Shown: positions 61,923 through 64,000 of the stretch, piece by piece | How positions within the stretch are numbered: the stretch's first letter is position 1 | Layout: the number at the start of each line of letters is the position of its first letter | Origin: Promethearchaeota archaeon | Lineage (GTDB): Archaea; Asgardarchaeota; Lokiarchaeia; Sigyniarchaeales; SOKP01 | Length of the DNA: 64,000 nucleotides | NCBI GenBank assembly: GCA_016839555.1 | Contig: JAEOUA010000009.1 | Span: 32,001 to 96,000, forward strand | Direction: 5' to 3' | The notes under the pieces: model-generated | The model's input: the letters and a program-made list of their open reading frames with translations, nothing else | Database searches by the model: none | Told to the model about the DNA's origin: nothing | Position numbers and translations under genes: made by a program

Positions 61923-64000
61923 GTGGGTAAAATACCAAATTTATTTGAATATTATGAGCGAGATATAAATTCTGATGTATTAGCCCTAATCAATACTGGA
62001 AAAAGAATTAGTGGGAAAAAGAATTTAATGATAAAATTTAATAATACTCATAGTCCAGTTTATACCGACGGTTATTGTATTTATTTACCAAAATTTTGTG
62101 AGGAAAAAATAAAACCAGCCCAAGGATTTGTCGCTCATGAGAGCGGGCATATTGGATACGGATCCTTCGAAATTGGATTTTTAAAATTAATGGAATTAAT
62201 ATCAAAAAAATATAAAATTCCTATTCCAATTGTAAAAGACCTTACTAATGTATTAGAGGATGTCCGAATAAATACTATCAACAAAAAGCAATTTCCTGGA
62301 TTCTATAAAAATTTAAGGGATTATACTTTGGAAGTTTTACCTCAAATTATTTCACGAATGAAAAGGTATGAAGATCTATTTATTTATCTAAATTTATTTA
62401 TGGAGGATTATTCCAATTTTCAGAAAAAACCAAACTTTAATTCAATTAATTTAACAGATAAAGATTGGGAAAAAATTTGCGTATTAAAATCATTTCTTTT
62501 AAAAGCATTAACACCGAATGCTACAATTATTGCGTTAGATCAAATCTGCAAATTACTTAAAAAATATATCGTTATTCCTGAGAAGAGAAATCTAAATTTA
62601 CCGTCAAATACTGTAGTCGTATCAGATATACCCAGGAGAGGGATAATCTCACCCTTTAGATCTAATGAAAAATTTTCAAAAGATGTTATAATACTCACTG
62701 CTGTAGAAGATTTTATAGACGAAAGGATTAACAAAAAGCCAACATCTATTAGTAAAACAAGTGAAGAGATGATGAAAAAAATTAATAATATGGATTTATC
62801 TATTGATGATATAAAAGCTTTAACTAATCAAATCGATAAGATTGAGAAACAAAATAATCCTTCGGATACAAATGATATAGAAACAACAATAGGTAAAAAA
62901 ATAAATGATTTGACCCCCAAAGGTCAAAAAAAAGGGAATAAAATTGATGAGATTATAAAAGATTTACAAAGTTTGCAAGATAGCGGCGAAAAATCCTTTG
63001 AAAAACAAAATAAAAAAAACGAAATTGTTAAAAATTTAAAGGATTATTGTAAAAAAAAACAAAAATTAGAGACAAAAGAAATTAATAAAATAAAAGAAGA
63101 TATACAACAAGTAAATAATATTATTGAAGATTTAGAGGATCTAAAGAATCCTACAGAAATTCATGAAAATAAGGAAAAAAAGAATAAAATTCGTAAAAAA
63201 ATTACGGAATATTTAAAAAAAGTAGATAGTGACAAATCAAAAACTAAACAAGAGAAAGAGGACTTAAGAGAGGTATTTGGGGATCTTTTTAAAAGTATTG
63301 AAGAAGAGAAAGAATCGGATAAAAATCAAAAGAAACGTTCAGAGATAATAGAGAAGTTGAAAAAAACATCTGTAAAAAAAGAAAAAGAACTCCAGCGTAA
63401 AAGCAAAGATTTAAATCACGAAATAAATGAAATAAACGATATAATCAATGATATAGAAAATATAGATTATAGTGCCAAAGATCCTAATAATAAAAAGCAA
63501 AAAGAAAACGCATTATCCAAATTAAAGACTTTAAATAATAAAATTAAAAAATTTCAAAAAAATGAAAATGGCGATAATCCTTATGATTCTGTGAATAAGG
63601 ATTTATTAGGGAAATTAGTTATAGATATAACCAAGGCGAAAGAAGAATTAAGGAAGCGTATAGCAAAAATCGGACTGGGAATTTGGTCTTTAGACCCTGC
63701 ATTTGCCGATATAAAAAGAGATTTAATTGAAACCAAAATAGAACAAGAAGATATGATTCCTATTAAATTAACCTATAACCAAATCATCGAGAATTATAAA
63801 GCGATAATTACAAAAATGAAACTGATTTTTAATAATTTAAAACCTACCAGTGAGTTTGATAATTATCAAAAACTTGGAAGACTAAATAAAAATTTCATTA
63901 AAACCGTTACTTCTAATTATCAGTTTAAGAATTGTTTCACCAGAAAGATACGGCACAAACTTTTGCGCATAATCTTACTCGTAGATATTAGCGGGAGTAT
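61923..64000 (+). CDS. VWA-domain protein with N-terminal HExxH (CobT-N-like) domain and coiled-coil linker; runs off the window end
   Basis: Open frame read codon by codon from GTG 61923 (or ATA 61932); AHESGH, NVLEDVRIN, and terminal LLVDISGS MIDAS motif. Confidence 0.85.
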   Translation, partial: MGKIPNLFEYYERDINSDVLALINTGKRISGKKNLMIKFNNTHSPVYTDGYCIYLPKFCEEKIKPAQGFVAHESGHIGYGSFEIGFLKLMELISKKYKIPIPIVKDLTNVLEDVRINTINKKQFPGFYKNLRDYTLEVLPQIISRMKRYEDLFIYLNLFMEDYSNFQKKPNFNSINLTDKDWEKICVLKSFLLKALTPNATIIALDQICKLLKKYIVIPEKRNLNLPSNTVVVSDIPRRGIISPFRSNEKFSKDVIILTAVEDFIDERINKKPTSISKTSEEMMKKINNMDLSIDDIKALTNQIDKIEKQNNPSDTNDIETTIGKKINDLTPKGQKKGNKIDEIIKDLQSLQDSGEKSFEKQNKKNEIVKNLKDYCKKKQKLETKEINKIKEDIQQVNNIIEDLEDLKNPTEIHENKEKKNKIRKKITEYLKKVDSDKSKTKQEKEDLREVFGDLFKSIEEEKESDKNQKKRSEIIEKLKKTSVKKEKELQRKSKDLNHEINEINDIINDIENIDYSAKDPNNKKQKENALSKLKTLNNKIKKFQKNENGDNPYDSVNKDLLGKLVIDITKAKEELRKRIAKIGLGIWSLDPAFADIKRDLIETKIEQEDMIPIKLTYNQIIENYKAIITKMKLIFNNLKPTSEFDNYQKLGRLNKNFIKTVTSNYQFKNCFTRKIRHKLLRIILLVDISGS

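Noticed and set aside
2760-62734. Many 60-140-aa ORFs antisense to or nested in long genes (e.g. 5806..6066, 29282..29587, 56458..56877)
   Set aside because: Shadow frames of well-supported genes, with no motifs.
1-64000. CRISPR arrays, tRNA or rRNA genes
   Set aside because: No regularly spaced repeats, cloverleafs or extended rRNA-like GC-rich tracts were seen.

Overview
This AT-rich archaeal window most likely comes from an Asgard (Lokiarchaeia-like) genome. That is inferred from a selenocysteine VhuU with a eukaryote-like AUGA/GA SECIS, an LRR protein, stand-alone multi-TM proteins and GGTGA-type SD motifs. It encodes fwdA, two divergent purF paralogues, hisF, hypF/E/D/C, cooC, a split-large-subunit [NiFeSe] hydrogenase-heterodisulfide reductase operon (vhuG-vhuA-vhuU-hdrC-hdrB), a bacterial-type L-rhamnose cluster (rhaB, GH106, rhaA), an acetone carboxylase acxABC operon beside an ISH3/IS4-like element, a HEPN-MNT pair, an ADP-forming acyl-CoA synthetase, a PadR-HAAS pair, a rhomboid and a MoxR-VWA pair. 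Several features are missing from the ORF track. (1) A ~217-nt structured minus-strand ncRNA candidate (44809-45025) has C/D-like boxes and two adjacent segments complementary to the two SSU rRNA regions that form the central pseudoknot, suggesting a U3-like RNA. (2) vhuU is a Sec gene whose own stop codon forms the AUGA core of its SECIS. (3) A 31-nt frame-breaking insertion lies in vhuG, and its precise removal restores the Fe-S motif. (4) There are apparent AUU/AUA start codons. (5) There are three tandem ribbon-helix-helix mini-genes. All product calls come from motif recognition; no database searches were run.
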